The position numbers and the translations under genes were made by a program. From contig JACPFP010000003.1 in assembly GCA_016182915.1 (NCBI GenBank), positions 8,806-72,805 on the forward strand: a stretch of DNA of 64,000 nucleotides, given 5' to 3'. Each line of letters opens with the position of its first letter. Position 1 is the first letter of the stretch. The DNA is from Candidatus Dojkabacteria bacterium (GTDB lineage: Bacteria > Patescibacteriota > Dojkabacteria > SC72). Shown here piece after piece: positions 27,708 through 38,282 of the stretch. The notes under the pieces were generated by a model. That model saw only the letters and a list, made by a program, of their open reading frames with translations. It was not told the DNA's origin and made no database searches.

Positions 27708-30263
27708 TTACTTCTCTTTTCTTGCTCCCTTAAGTACTCTGCTCTCGAAGTATTTCTTCTTTAGCTCTTCTTTTCTTTCTCCAGATGACATCAGTATTGA
27801 GAATTTGCTATATGCAGGTGAGTTAACAATTTTAAGAAGAATACCATCTGATCTCTGTGAATATGCAAACATTAAACCAGTTACTACCAAGAATATTCCT
27901 ATGATTGCTTTGACTAGATTTGAGTCTCCGATTGCTGTTGTTGGGACTCCACCACAGCTTATAAATACTGAATTTGTATAGCTGAAACTATTATTGTCAT
28001 CCTCCTGATTTGGGTAGCCTGTTACCAGATTTACGTAGTTTCCAAAGTAGTTTTGTGGAACGACGAATGTGTATGAAAGGAAGTTATCTTTTGTAATTTG
28101 AGTCTGTCCAGATGGGATTGTGAATTGGGATAGAGCTCCTGTTAAATCCCACGTTATTTCGCTCACGGTTCCTCCTGATGTTGTTGCCGTTCCTCCATTG
28201 CTGATACTTGCTGTATCTAACCAGCCTGCAAGGTATCCCTGTGGTCTGTCTACAACCCTTTCAAGAATACCGACCTCTGTTGGATTATCTTCATTAATAT
28301 AAGTTGCAGATATATTAAATTTGACCTGAGCATATGCGCTTACTGTTCCTTCATTTACACAGACAACAGCACTGGACTTTTCTATATCCCAGTTAGGGTT
28401 GGAATCGGGACATGTACAGGAGTTTTGATCACAGGAATCCCAGCTACAGCTAGTTCCTGGAGGATTACCAAGTTCACACTGTTCAGGAGCCTGTGGGCTT
28501 GCATTTATAACTCCATCTCCACATATTGGTGTTGTAGAGTTACATAGACAATCTGCTTCTGTTGGGCATGATACATTTATACACTTCCCTCCTACACATG
28601 AGGTTCCATCTGTACAAGGTACAGTTGAACTACATGATTCCTGACAGGAGGCAGTTTCACTTGGTGGATTTTCTGGAGGTATTTCAGTTAGTGGAGTTCT
28701 GGAACAGTCTTTCTCACACACATTATGTGTTGCAATACATACTTGGTAACAGGATTGACCAATAGCAGCGCACGTAGCTCTGTATGTAGGAGTTTCCTGA
28801 CATACGCATGTGGCAGTGCCTTGTGGGCAGGCTCCTCCAGAGGTAGGGACAAGACATTCATCCTGAAGTTCCTTTGGAATATAACCTAACTCAGCAGTTG
28901 GTACATAGACCCCAAGTCCTGTAAATTCGTCTGTTTTTATAAGCTTAAAGCCAAGTTCCTGAATTAATAGAGATTGGTTTGCTGTTGAGCAATTTGTGAT
29001 TGATGTTGCTTCAAGTTGTTTGGAAGTTAATTCCTTACATTTCTCTCTAAGTTTTTTTGCAATCTCTTCAACCTTAGTTGGGGTGACACAGTTACTCGTA
29101 CCCCCAGTCTCATCATCAGCCTTCTTCTCTTTCTCCTGTTCAAGTTCAGCATCAGTACAAATATCATCGGCAAATCCTTTGTAAGCTTTCTTCCTTTGAA
29201 TCTCGTTATAATCTGCAATCGCTTGAGCGACTAATCCACCTAGTTTTGTTTTAGTATCTTTGTCACTATCTCTAAATGTTCCGTAAAGTGCAGATAGATA
29301 TTCTTTACTTGTTTTACCAACTTGAACCTCTCTTAGAAATGTCGCATAGGTACACTTTTCTCCGGGTTTTAAATCTTGACAATAGGCCTCATTCTTATTT
29401 GCTTCAATTGCTGTAACCAATGCGTTATTCTGAGCTGCAATCTGTTGGTCAAGTATTTTTTGGTCTACTTCTTTCTCTTTCCATTCTTTTGCATCTTCAT
29501 GTCTTCCTTCGTTTTTAGCATTTTCTGACTTTGCATTCACAAATTCATTCCAGTCTTTACAGGTATTACTTTCCAAACAATTTTTTGCTTTTCCTGCGGC
29601 TTCTGCACCTGTGGACGATAGATTATTTATGTCATTTACCTTTACAAATAGAAAACCTGAGAAACTTGCTAGTACCACAAATGAGGCAATTGCGCTAAAT
29701 AGTTTCAAATTCTTATTCGTAGACTTTCTTGATCTGATAAATAGTACAGCCGCAACGATTAGAAGGATTAAAAGGATTGCCGCAATTATATAATCAGAAA
29801 CACTTAAAGCATCAGTAGCTTTCTCGTTTGTAATTAAATCTAGTGCAGATTGAACTGTTGTCACTTTGGTTTTTTCCGCTTCTACGGATTTCGACAGGTC
29901 GTTTGCAGAATTTACGGTCTTAAAGACTTCTAGAATCTGTTCTTTTCCACTTATACATGCACCCTCATGCAAAAACATAGGTACAGTGCCCTTCTCCTTA
30001 CCGCATGTTACTAGAGCAACTTGATATGCCGTTTTATTTGCCTCGGATTTATCAATATTCTTTAGTGAGTATGAGCTTGCTTCATACGTTTTCTTCAATT
30101 CTGTTTCTAGTTCATCACAGAATTCACATGTATCTGATGTAAATATTGATATAGCTTTCTCACTTAAGGTTGTTTCAGCAAAAACCTTTGAATTGGATGC
30201 AAAAGAAAAAAGCAGTGTAACTCCTGCTAAGAGTATGAGGTATTTTAAAATTCTATTATTCAC
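27708..30263 (-). CDS. Cys-rich surface protein with N-terminal glutaredoxin-like domain
   Basis: Signal peptide, CEFC + TVP + ISG, two TMs, about 33 further Cys, CGDG..EQCE repeat, VPTTA + TM + basic tail. Confidence 0.75.
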   Translation of the reverse strand: MNNRILKYLILLAGVTLLFSFASNSKVFAETTLSEKAISIFTSDTCEFCDELETELKKTYEASSYSLKNIDKSEANKTAYQVALVTCGKEKGTVPMFLHEGACISGKEQILEVFKTVNSANDLSKSVEAEKTKVTTVQSALDLITNEKATDALSVSDYIIAAILLILLIVAAVLFIRSRKSTNKNLKLFSAIASFVVLASFSGFLFVKVNDINNLSSTGAEAAGKAKNCLESNTCKDWNEFVNAKSENAKNEGRHEDAKEWKEKEVDQKILDQQIAAQNNALVTAIEANKNEAYCQDLKPGEKCTYATFLREVQVGKTSKEYLSALYGTFRDSDKDTKTKLGGLVAQAIADYNEIQRKKAYKGFADDICTDAELEQEKEKKADDETGGTSNCVTPTKVEEIAKKLREKCKELTSKQLEATSITNCSTANQSLLIQELGFKLIKTDEFTGLGVYVPTAELGYIPKELQDECLVPTSGGACPQGTATCVCQETPTYRATCAAIGQSCYQVCIATHNVCEKDCSRTPLTEIPPENPPSETASCQESCSSTVPCTDGTSCVGGKCINVSCPTEADCLCNSTTPICGDGVINASPQAPEQCELGNPPGTSCSWDSCDQNSCTCPDSNPNWDIEKSSAVVCVNEGTVSAYAQVKFNISATYINEDNPTEVGILERVVDRPQGYLAGWLDTASISNGGTATTSGGTVSEITWDLTGALSQFTIPSGQTQITKDNFLSYTFVVPQNYFGNYVNLVTGYPNQEDDNNSFSYTNSVFISCGGVPTTAIGDSNLVKAIIGIFLVVTGLMFAYSQRSDGILLKIVNSPAYSKFSILMSSGERKEELKKKYFESRVLKGARKEK

Positions 30264-30423
30264 TAAATCAAGAGCAGTAATCTTAGAGTCTAATTCATAA
30301 CAACTACATAATTTATAACTGTTTTTTTTATAACTTGCAATGGTTTTAGTTATTCTCTAAGTAGCTTGGTATATTCTTGAAATTTAGGTAGTATTAACTA
30401 GTTTAACTTCTGAAAATAAATGC

Positions 30424-31113
30424 ATGTCATATACTGTAAAGATTGTGAAAATAGAGCCAATTACTCATAATGTTAGAAGGTATACATTGGAGAAACCGGA
30501 AAACTACAGCTTTATTCCTGGTCAGGCTACGGATGTCTCTATAAACATGGAGGAATGGAAAGAGGATAAACATCCTTTTACATTTACATGCTTAAATTCC
30601 TCCCCTACTCTTGAATTCACAATTAAGAGTTACTTCTTGAAAGATTTTCCCAATCACTCAGGGATGACAGAGAAGCTTTTCACCTTGAATGTTGGTGATG
30701 AACTTATTCTTGATGATCCATGGGGAACCATTAACTATAAGGGGAAAGGTATCTTTATTGCTGGTGGAGCAGGTATCACACCTTTTATAGCTATACTTAG
30801 AGATTTACAGTCAAGAAATGAAATCTCTGGAAATAGACTTTTCTTCTCAAATAAAACCGAGAAGGACATAATTATCAAGGATGAGCTTATTGATATTTTT
30901 AAAGATAATCCAAAAGACCTCCTCTTTACCCTAACTCAGGAGGAAAAGGAAGGTTATGAACATGGAAGAATTAATAGGGAGTTTCTTGAGAGAGAGATTA
31001 GTGATTTTAAAACTAACTTCTACATCTGTGGTCCTTCACAGATGAAGCATGAGTTGATCGAGACTGTAAAAGGGTTAGGAGCATCTGTTGACTCTATCGT
31101 GTTTGAACAGTGA
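30424..31113 (+). CDS. FAD/NAD(P)-binding oxidoreductase (FNR-like)
   Basis: FIPGQ, HPFT, AGGAGITPF, YICGP. Confidence 0.92.
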   Translation: MSYTVKIVKIEPITHNVRRYTLEKPENYSFIPGQATDVSINMEEWKEDKHPFTFTCLNSSPTLEFTIKSYFLKDFPNHSGMTEKLFTLNVGDELILDDPWGTINYKGKGIFIAGGAGITPFIAILRDLQSRNEISGNRLFFSNKTEKDIIIKDELIDIFKDNPKDLLFTLTQEEKEGYEHGRINREFLEREISDFKTNFYICGPSQMKHELIETVKGLGASVDSIVFEQ

Positions 31114-31115
31114 AG

Positions 31116-32090
31116 CTAAAGGATTCTCGTTAAGATATATCCGACATATATAGTTATAATTATAATCCCTGAAATCCTACTTATAGACTTATTTCCACCG
31201 AGCAGCTTCATTTCAATAAGGATGGCTATCACAATGATGAAGTTATACATATTGGTAAAATAGATATCATCAACGGCATTCTGGTCTAACTTTAGATTGT
31301 GAAATACTGCAGGGAGTCCAACTCCTAATCCTATATTGATAATATTCCCTCCAAATACATTTCCCAGGATAATATCAATATAGCCCTTCTTTGCAGCCTG
31401 TATTGAGGCTACGATTGTTGGAAGTGATGTACCTATACCTACTAGTGTCAAACCAATTATATATGGATCTATTCCAAGTGCGGATGCAAGTAATGGGGCT
31501 GAGTATGTAAGAAGGAAAGATGCTCCTATAAGGGTAAGTAATCCAGTTACTATAAGTAATATGCTTTTTTTCAAAGAGACTTTAATTTGACTTTCTATCT
31601 CCATCTGTGAGCTATCATCCTTATTTACCTTTTCTCTTGTTGCATACTGGAAAATTATAAGGGCGACCATTACATAGGCAAGAAGCATGAGTACTCCTTC
31701 ATACCTCGAAATATCGTAGTTAACGGCAAATGCAGTGAGAAGTGCCATTAGACCTAGATAAAGGGGAATCTCTTTTTCAAATACTACATATTTAGTTACT
31801 ATATCAGTCATGAAGGCAGGAATCCCAAGTGCCAACCCAAGGTTTACATAGTTAGTACCAAGCATATTTCCTATCGCAATTGTTAGATTTTCAGGATCTA
31901 GAAGAAGAATTGCAATATTAATAGCAATCGATGGAAGAATGCTTCCAAATGCGACTATTGTTGAGCCTATTACAAGCGGGCTTATCTTATATTTTTTGGC
32001 TAATGCAATGGCGCCATCCAACATCCAAGTGGAGCCAGTCACCAAGAAGTATAAACTTAGAATTATTAAAAGAGAGTTTAGTAATATCAT
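31116..32090 (-). CDS. Calcium/sodium antiporter (YrbG family)
   Basis: Two alpha repeats: GSTIVAFGSILP..GNMLGTN and GLTLVGIGTSLP..GNVFGGN. Confidence 0.9.
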   Translation of the reverse strand: MILLNSLLIILSLYFLVTGSTWMLDGAIALAKKYKISPLVIGSTIVAFGSILPSIAINIAILLLDPENLTIAIGNMLGTNYVNLGLALGIPAFMTDIVTKYVVFEKEIPLYLGLMALLTAFAVNYDISRYEGVLMLLAYVMVALIIFQYATREKVNKDDSSQMEIESQIKVSLKKSILLIVTGLLTLIGASFLLTYSAPLLASALGIDPYIIGLTLVGIGTSLPTIVASIQAAKKGYIDIILGNVFGGNIINIGLGVGLPAVFHNLKLDQNAVDDIYFTNMYNFIIVIAILIEMKLLGGNKSISRISGIIIITIYVGYILTRIL

Positions 32091-32124
32091 GGCGTCTATT
32101 ATATCAGACCAATATGATTTAATG

Positions 32125-32469
32125 CTACGCGTTTAGTCTTTCTGATAACCATTTCTCAAATTTAATTGGAAGCTCAGAATTTATCCTATGACCAATATTA
32201 AGTATTGCTTCAAGGTTATAAACGGTTTTGCTAGACCCAGGAATGTTTTTATCAACCATCTGAGCCGTTATTCTCTTCTCATCTAGCTTTCCTTTCTTAT
32301 ATGCATTTCTAAGATGTTTTTTGATTGTGAGGATTTGAACATTATAGAGGGTTGCAATGTCCTTAAGTGATAACCATACCCTATCCTGATAGAAATTTAT
32401 ATAAACCTTTAACTCATCAAGCGGTCTTGGATATATTTTTCTTATAATCTGGTCTTTAGGTATTTCCAA
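32125..32469 (-). CDS. RhuM-like DNA-binding domain protein
   Basis: VWLS..IA.LY..I..HL.N, YNLEAI..IG.R.NS..F..W; TTG start. Confidence 0.75.
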   Translation of the reverse strand: MEIPKDQIIRKIYPRPLDELKVYINFYQDRVWLSLKDIATLYNVQILTIKKHLRNAYKKGKLDEKRITAQMVDKNIPGSSKTVYNLEAILNIGHRINSELPIKFEKWLSERLNA

Positions 32470-32555
32470 AGGTTTAAATATTTAATTAAACATTGGATGA
32501 ATATAACATATTTATTAGCAGAATATTAATACCCTCTTTAATTTACCCTGAATTT

Positions 32556-33504
32556 TTATTTTCTCTTTGATTTCATAATTAAGCTGAAGATTGTTAATTC
32601 TCCTATAAGGGATAGGACGAGAAGGGCAATTTGTGTTCTTAATTGGGAATTTGAGACTTCGAAGAAATACTTTTCCGTTGGAATACCAAATAGCATAAAG
32701 CTTATAAGGTCTTTTTTCTCATTCAAATAGAAGGGGGCATAAGCGTATATACGTTCTATTCCATCTTCTCCCTTAAACTTTAGTACCCCACTCTTTTGTG
32801 AGAGAACTAGGCTGAATGTTACGGCAGGGAATTTCATTTTTCCAAGAAGAGCATTATCAGAGGGATATACTATTACTATTGAACCTAAGTCGTCAGTGAC
32901 AAGGAACTCAGAGTTTTTAGGAAGGTCAAATCCGTCTATATAGTCGTTTACATATGTAAGTCTAATAGATAGAAATAATCCACTCTGTACATTTCCCTCT
33001 CTATCCAGGTGAGGATATCCAACGCCGATTCTAGGTTCGCTAGATACAGCACTAACTCCAAAATTGGTTACAACAAACTTCTTACTTGAAATCATCTCTA
33101 CATATTCTGGGATTCTTTTTGCTAGGTTATCGTTCTCAGGAAACGCTAACTTTGAGCAGACAATATCTCCACTAGGAGTTGCTACTCCATAGTTAATGTA
33201 CAGCTCATCATCTATATATCTCTTTATAGCGAGAGGAACATGGGTTATCTTCAAGTTTGTTTTCGGTTATATCTTTTGACCAGGTGGCTAATATGTCTTC
33301 AGAATCGCTTACTATCTTCTCATACTCACTGCTCAGGGTCTTAAAGATAACTTTCGCTTGCTGTTCTGTATTACTTTTTTGAGCTGTACTCAGTGTGCTT
33401 ATAAATGTTGTAAGAAGAAGAGGAATTATGATTATTTGGGCTATAAGGAGAAGGTTAATCCAATATGTGTTATGAATGTGATCTACATTCCTATCTTTGA
33501 ACAT
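32556..33504 (-). pseudogene. Cache-domain membrane sensor, frameshifted
   Basis: ORFs 33208..33504 and 32556..33254 join into TM-dCache-TM if one AT unit is added at 33213-33219. Confidence 0.7.
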
Positions 33505-33694
33505 ATTTAATAATTAACATATATAAATATATAACTCAATAGAAATATTATAAATGTGAATTCTTTGTTAATACTCCCCGGTTTTTACCTTGTAATTTAG
33601 GACTTTTACTAGATCTTTGGAAAGCTATTTATATTTCTCTCCTTCTTATGTACTATGTATTAAGTATCATATTTTTACTAAGGTAAAACTTTAA

Positions 33695-35062
33695 ATGAAA
33701 CCTAAGCATCAGCAGTTTATATTCTACTTGGTTTTATTTCTAATAATATTTCTATATTTCCTTCCTGAGATTCGGTTGTTAACTAAATATACCCTCAATA
33801 ATGGGTTTAGGTCCTCAGCTTTAGTTACGGAGAGGATTAGAGAGATTAAAGGGAGTACATACACAGTCGAAGTTCCGCTTCGAAATTTCGGGAATGTTGA
33901 TTTGGATACTTCATATATTGAACTCTCAGGGTCAAAGTATCTGTTTGAAGTGTCGTATGAAAACTACTCATACTTTTTTGATAGGATTGTTCCATTTACC
34001 AAAATTTTTCTGAATGATGAAAGAGTACGTTTTGATAGTGAAAATGAGGTTGCATATATTACTGATACTCACGAAATTCCAATCTCATATTCAGTCATAT
34101 CTGAAATGTACATATTTGATACAAATCAAAACCTTACATATGAATGGGAGGTTGGAACCTTTGGTAAAGCAGGCTTTACCTATTGGTCTGGGAGAATATC
34201 CTACCTTTTTCAGCTTTTTGTTTGGTTTTTTGCGATTTTCGGTTTCTTTAAAGTAAAAAGAAATTGGACAATTATATATGACTCTGCAACAAAGAAGCCG
34301 ATTCCTGGAGTTATAGTTCGTATATATTCTGAAGGTCGATTAGTAAAGACAACTATTACAAGCGTAATCGGTTTTATTGATGTAAGGCTAAATAAGGGGA
34401 AATATACGATAGCTGTAGCAAAGCCAGGGTATAAATTCCCAAGTAATCTTGCTCCTCTTGCAAATGATGACTACTATAACAACCTATACTATGGGGGGGA
34501 TGTAACAATTGAGAGGAACAACTCACGCCTTAAACTTAATATACCGCTTGACCCCGATGGGGCGATGGTTCAGTCTTCACAGGTGAATGTCCTACTCTCC
34601 GGAGCTCTTTCGCTTTTCGATAATGCTAGCCCACATATGTTAATCGTAATTACCGGTGTCCAAATAGTTCTCTGGCCAACTTACATAGATACGTGGATAT
34701 TTACAGGAATTACACTTTCACTTTTCCTTGCTAAATATCTTATTAAACGTAGTTCTAAATCCTTTAAAGGGATCGTTAGGGATACGGGTGGGATACCAGT
34801 TCCTAACATTACTTTTAACCTTTACGATACTCAATGGGAAAAGTTTGTAAGGAGTTTTATATCGGATGAGAATGGTACCTTTGAGAGTATTGAAGTGCCT
34901 AACAGCTACTATGTTAAAGTGGCCAATCCTGAATGGAAATTTGCTGGAAGTGTTGGGGATAAATTCCCTGTTAAAGGGAAGCAGGTTGGAGCGGCTTTAT
35001 TCATTAACGATACTATTGTGGTTGAGAAAGTTGTCGCAACTACACCGGCTCCAGTACAATAA
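33695..35062 (+). CDS. Membrane protein with two carboxypeptidase-regulatory-like domains
   Basis: IYDSATKKPIPGV..Y...V.KPGYKFP and GIVRD..G.PV..SDENG.F. Confidence 0.75.
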   Translation: MKPKHQQFIFYLVLFLIIFLYFLPEIRLLTKYTLNNGFRSSALVTERIREIKGSTYTVEVPLRNFGNVDLDTSYIELSGSKYLFEVSYENYSYFFDRIVPFTKIFLNDERVRFDSENEVAYITDTHEIPISYSVISEMYIFDTNQNLTYEWEVGTFGKAGFTYWSGRISYLFQLFVWFFAIFGFFKVKRNWTIIYDSATKKPIPGVIVRIYSEGRLVKTTITSVIGFIDVRLNKGKYTIAVAKPGYKFPSNLAPLANDDYYNNLYYGGDVTIERNNSRLKLNIPLDPDGAMVQSSQVNVLLSGALSLFDNASPHMLIVITGVQIVLWPTYIDTWIFTGITLSLFLAKYLIKRSSKSFKGIVRDTGGIPVPNITFNLYDTQWEKFVRSFISDENGTFESIEVPNSYYVKVANPEWKFAGSVGDKFPVKGKQVGAALFINDTIVVEKVVATTPAPVQ

Positions 35063-35261
35063 CCTTCTTCTTGCTCTTAAGTCCTCTCTTAATTGTAAGT
35101 CTATTTTTTGATACCCCAATGAATTCAGAAAGAAGTTTTATTAGCGATATGTTTGCCATGTTTTCGTGTGCAGGGCTTTTAGTTGAAACGTAGTATATAC
35201 CATCTACAAGCTTTACCTGGTTCATTTTAGAACCTGCTTTAATCTGTACATTTAGTATCAT
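35040..35261 (-). CDS. DUF167 (YggU) protein
   Basis: PA....AN..LIKLLS, I.RG.KSK.K. Confidence 0.85.
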   Translation of the reverse strand: MILNVQIKAGSKMNQVKLVDGIYYVSTKSPAHENMANISLIKLLSEFIGVSKNRLTIKRGLKSKKKVIVLEPV

Positions 35262-35262
35262 T

Positions 35263-35973
35263 TCAAGGCTTTCTCATATACTTATCTTTTTTCTGCTGTG
35301 CAACTTTTTCTAGTGAATATCTTAGCATTGTTCTCGGCATTTCTTTTGAGTGCTTCTCTAAAAATGAATAGAGAGTTTTTATATCTTTCTTTCCTACCTC
35401 TCTTAACATCCAACCCACAGCCTTATGGATTAAGTCATGTGGATGGTTAAGAAGTATCTCTGCTATTCCCAGAGTGTCTTCAAATTCCCCGTTTTTTATA
35501 AAGGTTGCAGTTGCGAGTATGGCCATTCGCTGTTCCCAAAGGTTTTTAGAAGTTGCTAATTTGTATAGGATCTTCCTATTTTTGTCAGACAGGTACTTAC
35601 CTACAATATTTGGAGTTGTAACATCTACGAGATCCCAGTTATTTATATACTTTGTGTTTGTCAGGTATAGATTATATATCTTTGTGTGTTCCTTAGGGTC
35701 TTTTGATATCTCAAATTTCTTTACAAGTATGAGAAGAGCGAGCATTCTATATTCATGAAATCTTGAGTGTAGAAGCTTAATCGTCTGATCTATGGTTAGT
35801 TCTTTATAGTATTTTTTAACTAAGGAGCGTAATTGTGGAATACGAATTCCCACGAATATGTCCCCTTCCCCATACTCTCCTTTACTTGTCTTAAAGAATC
35901 TTTGAAGGTGAATACTATCCTCCTTATCCGCTCCCATCTCAAGCTCTATATATAGATTCTGTAACTTTCCCAT
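35263..35973 (-). CDS. alkD: DNA alkylation repair protein (AlkD family)
   Basis: INNWDLVD, LWEQR, DLIHKAVGWMLRE, MPRTMLRY. Confidence 0.92.
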   Translation of the reverse strand: MGKLQNLYIELEMGADKEDSIHLQRFFKTSKGEYGEGDIFVGIRIPQLRSLVKKYYKELTIDQTIKLLHSRFHEYRMLALLILVKKFEISKDPKEHTKIYNLYLTNTKYINNWDLVDVTTPNIVGKYLSDKNRKILYKLATSKNLWEQRMAILATATFIKNGEFEDTLGIAEILLNHPHDLIHKAVGWMLREVGKKDIKTLYSFLEKHSKEMPRTMLRYSLEKVAQQKKDKYMRKP

Positions 35974-36066
35974 AACAATGATATTATCACTAATTACCCA
36001 TACTTTATACTGTCCATTTTCTAGATATTCTGATAGACTTCGATATTATTTAAGCGTCTAAATATA

Positions 36067-37830
36067 TTGAAAAACATCTTTAAAATTCTGAAGCTTTCGA
36101 AACCATTACATGGCTTGATGGCTTTGATAGTTGTTATTACTATTGTTGGGGGGCTATTTGAGATTGTTGCCCCACTTCTTTCGGGAAGAATTCTTGATGA
36201 GGTCATAAAACAGGCCGGAAGTGATATCCGTGTCTATACGGAACTAATCAAACTGTTAGCCTTCTCGTTAGGGGCAACTTTTATATACCTTATTACCAGA
36301 TCACTCGCCCAGAGGCTTGGGGATGAGCTTGCAGGTCGGGTTAGGAAGTACCTGACTGAAGTCTTCTATGATAAGACACTTAGGCTCTCTCAGTCATATT
36401 TTGATTCGGAAACTTCAGGAAAACTAATTAATCAATTGAATAGAGGGATTCAATCTATTCAAGAGTTTGTGAATATGTCTACCAACTTCATTATTCCAAT
36501 CTTTCTACAATCTATTATCGTTATTGGAATTCTCTTCAACTACAATATATACCTCGGAACGTTAATGGTTATCATTCTACCTATCTATATGCTCATTACT
36601 TCTATTTCAACTAAGAGATGGGGAAAGAAAGAGGTTGAGAAGAACAAGATTGAAGATATTACCAGAGGGAGGATTCAAGAAGTTATATCAAACATTAGGC
36701 TTGTTAAGGGGTATACCTCTGAGAAGCGCGAGTTTGAACTGGTTTCAAATAATATAGGGAGCATTAATAGTATCTACAGAAAACAGAGTATAGAGTTCCA
36801 TATTTTCGACTTTTTAAGAGAGTTTGTTCTGAGCGGTATCCTTTTTGGGACTAGCATAATAATTTTCTACAATACTCTTGAGGGTATTATTACTGTTGGC
36901 TCAGTTATTGTTTTAATGCAACTTGTTGAAAGAGCTAGATCTTCACTCTTTGGAATGTCATATATTCTTACTCAAGTGCAAGCTGCTGAATCCGGATCTA
37001 AGGAATACTTTGAAATTTTGGGCCTTGATTCTACTGAAGATTACAATGAAGATTCATATAAAGTGATTACAAGTCCGAATATTGAGTTTAAGAAGGTATC
37101 TTTTAAATACGATGAGGAGAAGAGTGTTCTTGAAGATGTTTCCTTCAATATTCGCAATAACGAAATGGTTGCGTTAGTTGGGCCAAGTGGTGCAGGAAAA
37201 AGTACTATTGTTAACCTTCTTCTCAAATTCTATCTGCCAAACTCAGGAGATATACTTCTAAATGGGAAGTCATTTAAAGAGCTCTCACACAGTCAAATAA
37301 GGAGTAATATAGCCTTAGTATTTCAGGAAAATGAGCTTTTTTCCTCTACCATCAAGGAAAATGTTGCCTATGGCTCTAAGATGAATAGGAAGAAAGTTAT
37401 TGAAGCCCTTAAGAAAGCAAATGCTTGGGACTTTGTTGCTACATTAGCTAAAGGTATTGATACAGAGGTCGGAGAAAGGGGTGTTAAGTTATCTGGAGGT
37501 CAGAGACAGCGAATACAGGTAGCTAGGGCTATATATAAAGATGCTCCGATTTTGATCCTTGATGAGGCTACATCAAGCTTAGATGCAAAGTCTGAAAATG
37601 AGGTGAGCAACGCTATAGACAACCTGATTAAGGATCGTTTAGTCATAGTTATTGCTCACAGGTTCTCTACTATTCAGAATGCAACGAAGGTAATTGTTCT
37701 TAATGAGAAGAAGGTTGAGGCAATAGGTACTCCTCAGGAGCTTTCCACAAAATCGGGTATATACTCTGACCTTCTCCGTTATCAGATAGAGGGAAACAAA
37801 AAACTGCTTAAGAAGTTTGAGCTATTTTGA
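36067..37830 (+). CDS. ABC exporter, fused permease/ATPase (MsbA-like)
   Basis: TM domain plus GPSGAGKS, LSGGQRQR, LDEATS, IAHR; TTG start. Confidence 0.95.
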   Translation: MKNIFKILKLSKPLHGLMALIVVITIVGGLFEIVAPLLSGRILDEVIKQAGSDIRVYTELIKLLAFSLGATFIYLITRSLAQRLGDELAGRVRKYLTEVFYDKTLRLSQSYFDSETSGKLINQLNRGIQSIQEFVNMSTNFIIPIFLQSIIVIGILFNYNIYLGTLMVIILPIYMLITSISTKRWGKKEVEKNKIEDITRGRIQEVISNIRLVKGYTSEKREFELVSNNIGSINSIYRKQSIEFHIFDFLREFVLSGILFGTSIIIFYNTLEGIITVGSVIVLMQLVERARSSLFGMSYILTQVQAAESGSKEYFEILGLDSTEDYNEDSYKVITSPNIEFKKVSFKYDEEKSVLEDVSFNIRNNEMVALVGPSGAGKSTIVNLLLKFYLPNSGDILLNGKSFKELSHSQIRSNIALVFQENELFSSTIKENVAYGSKMNRKKVIEALKKANAWDFVATLAKGIDTEVGERGVKLSGGQRQRIQVARAIYKDAPILILDEATSSLDAKSENEVSNAIDNLIKDRLVIVIAHRFSTIQNATKVIVLNEKKVEAIGTPQELSTKSGIYSDLLRYQIEGNKKLLKKFELF

Positions 37831-37832
37831 AC

Positions 37833-38180
37833 TTAAGTCTTGTTTGCCATTTTGTTATATTCTTCTTCGAGGGTTTCCAGTTTTTCATCTTCAAATTCCT
37901 CTGCTGCCATTATTGTGTTGTGAGCTTTTGTTGTCGATCTGATAAGTTCATCAAGTTTTAGATTCATTGCTTTTGTTTCCCTATTTTGTGTGTTCTGAAT
38001 AAGAAATACCATCAAAAAAGTTACAATCGTCGTCCCTGTATTTATAACCAATTGCCAAGTATTTGAATAATTGTAAATAGGTCCAAGAATAGCCCAGGTT
38101 ATAATTACTAAGAGTGCAAACATAAACGCATATGAACTTCCAACAAATGCGGAGACTGCTTTTGCTATCTTTCTAAACAT
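37833..38180 (-). CDS. Low-affinity iron permease family protein
   Basis: WQLVINTGTTIVTFLMVFLIQNTQNR, KLDELI. Confidence 0.93.
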   Translation of the reverse strand: MFRKIAKAVSAFVGSSYAFMFALLVIITWAILGPIYNYSNTWQLVINTGTTIVTFLMVFLIQNTQNRETKAMNLKLDELIRSTTKAHNTIMAAEEFEDEKLETLEEEYNKMANKT

Positions 38181-38282
38181 CTCTTAAAATTCATAATTAA
38201 TATTGCTTAAATATAATAGAAAATGAACTGCATGTAAATGCGGTGATATTGTAAAATAAGCTGATTTCAATTAGCATGAGGT

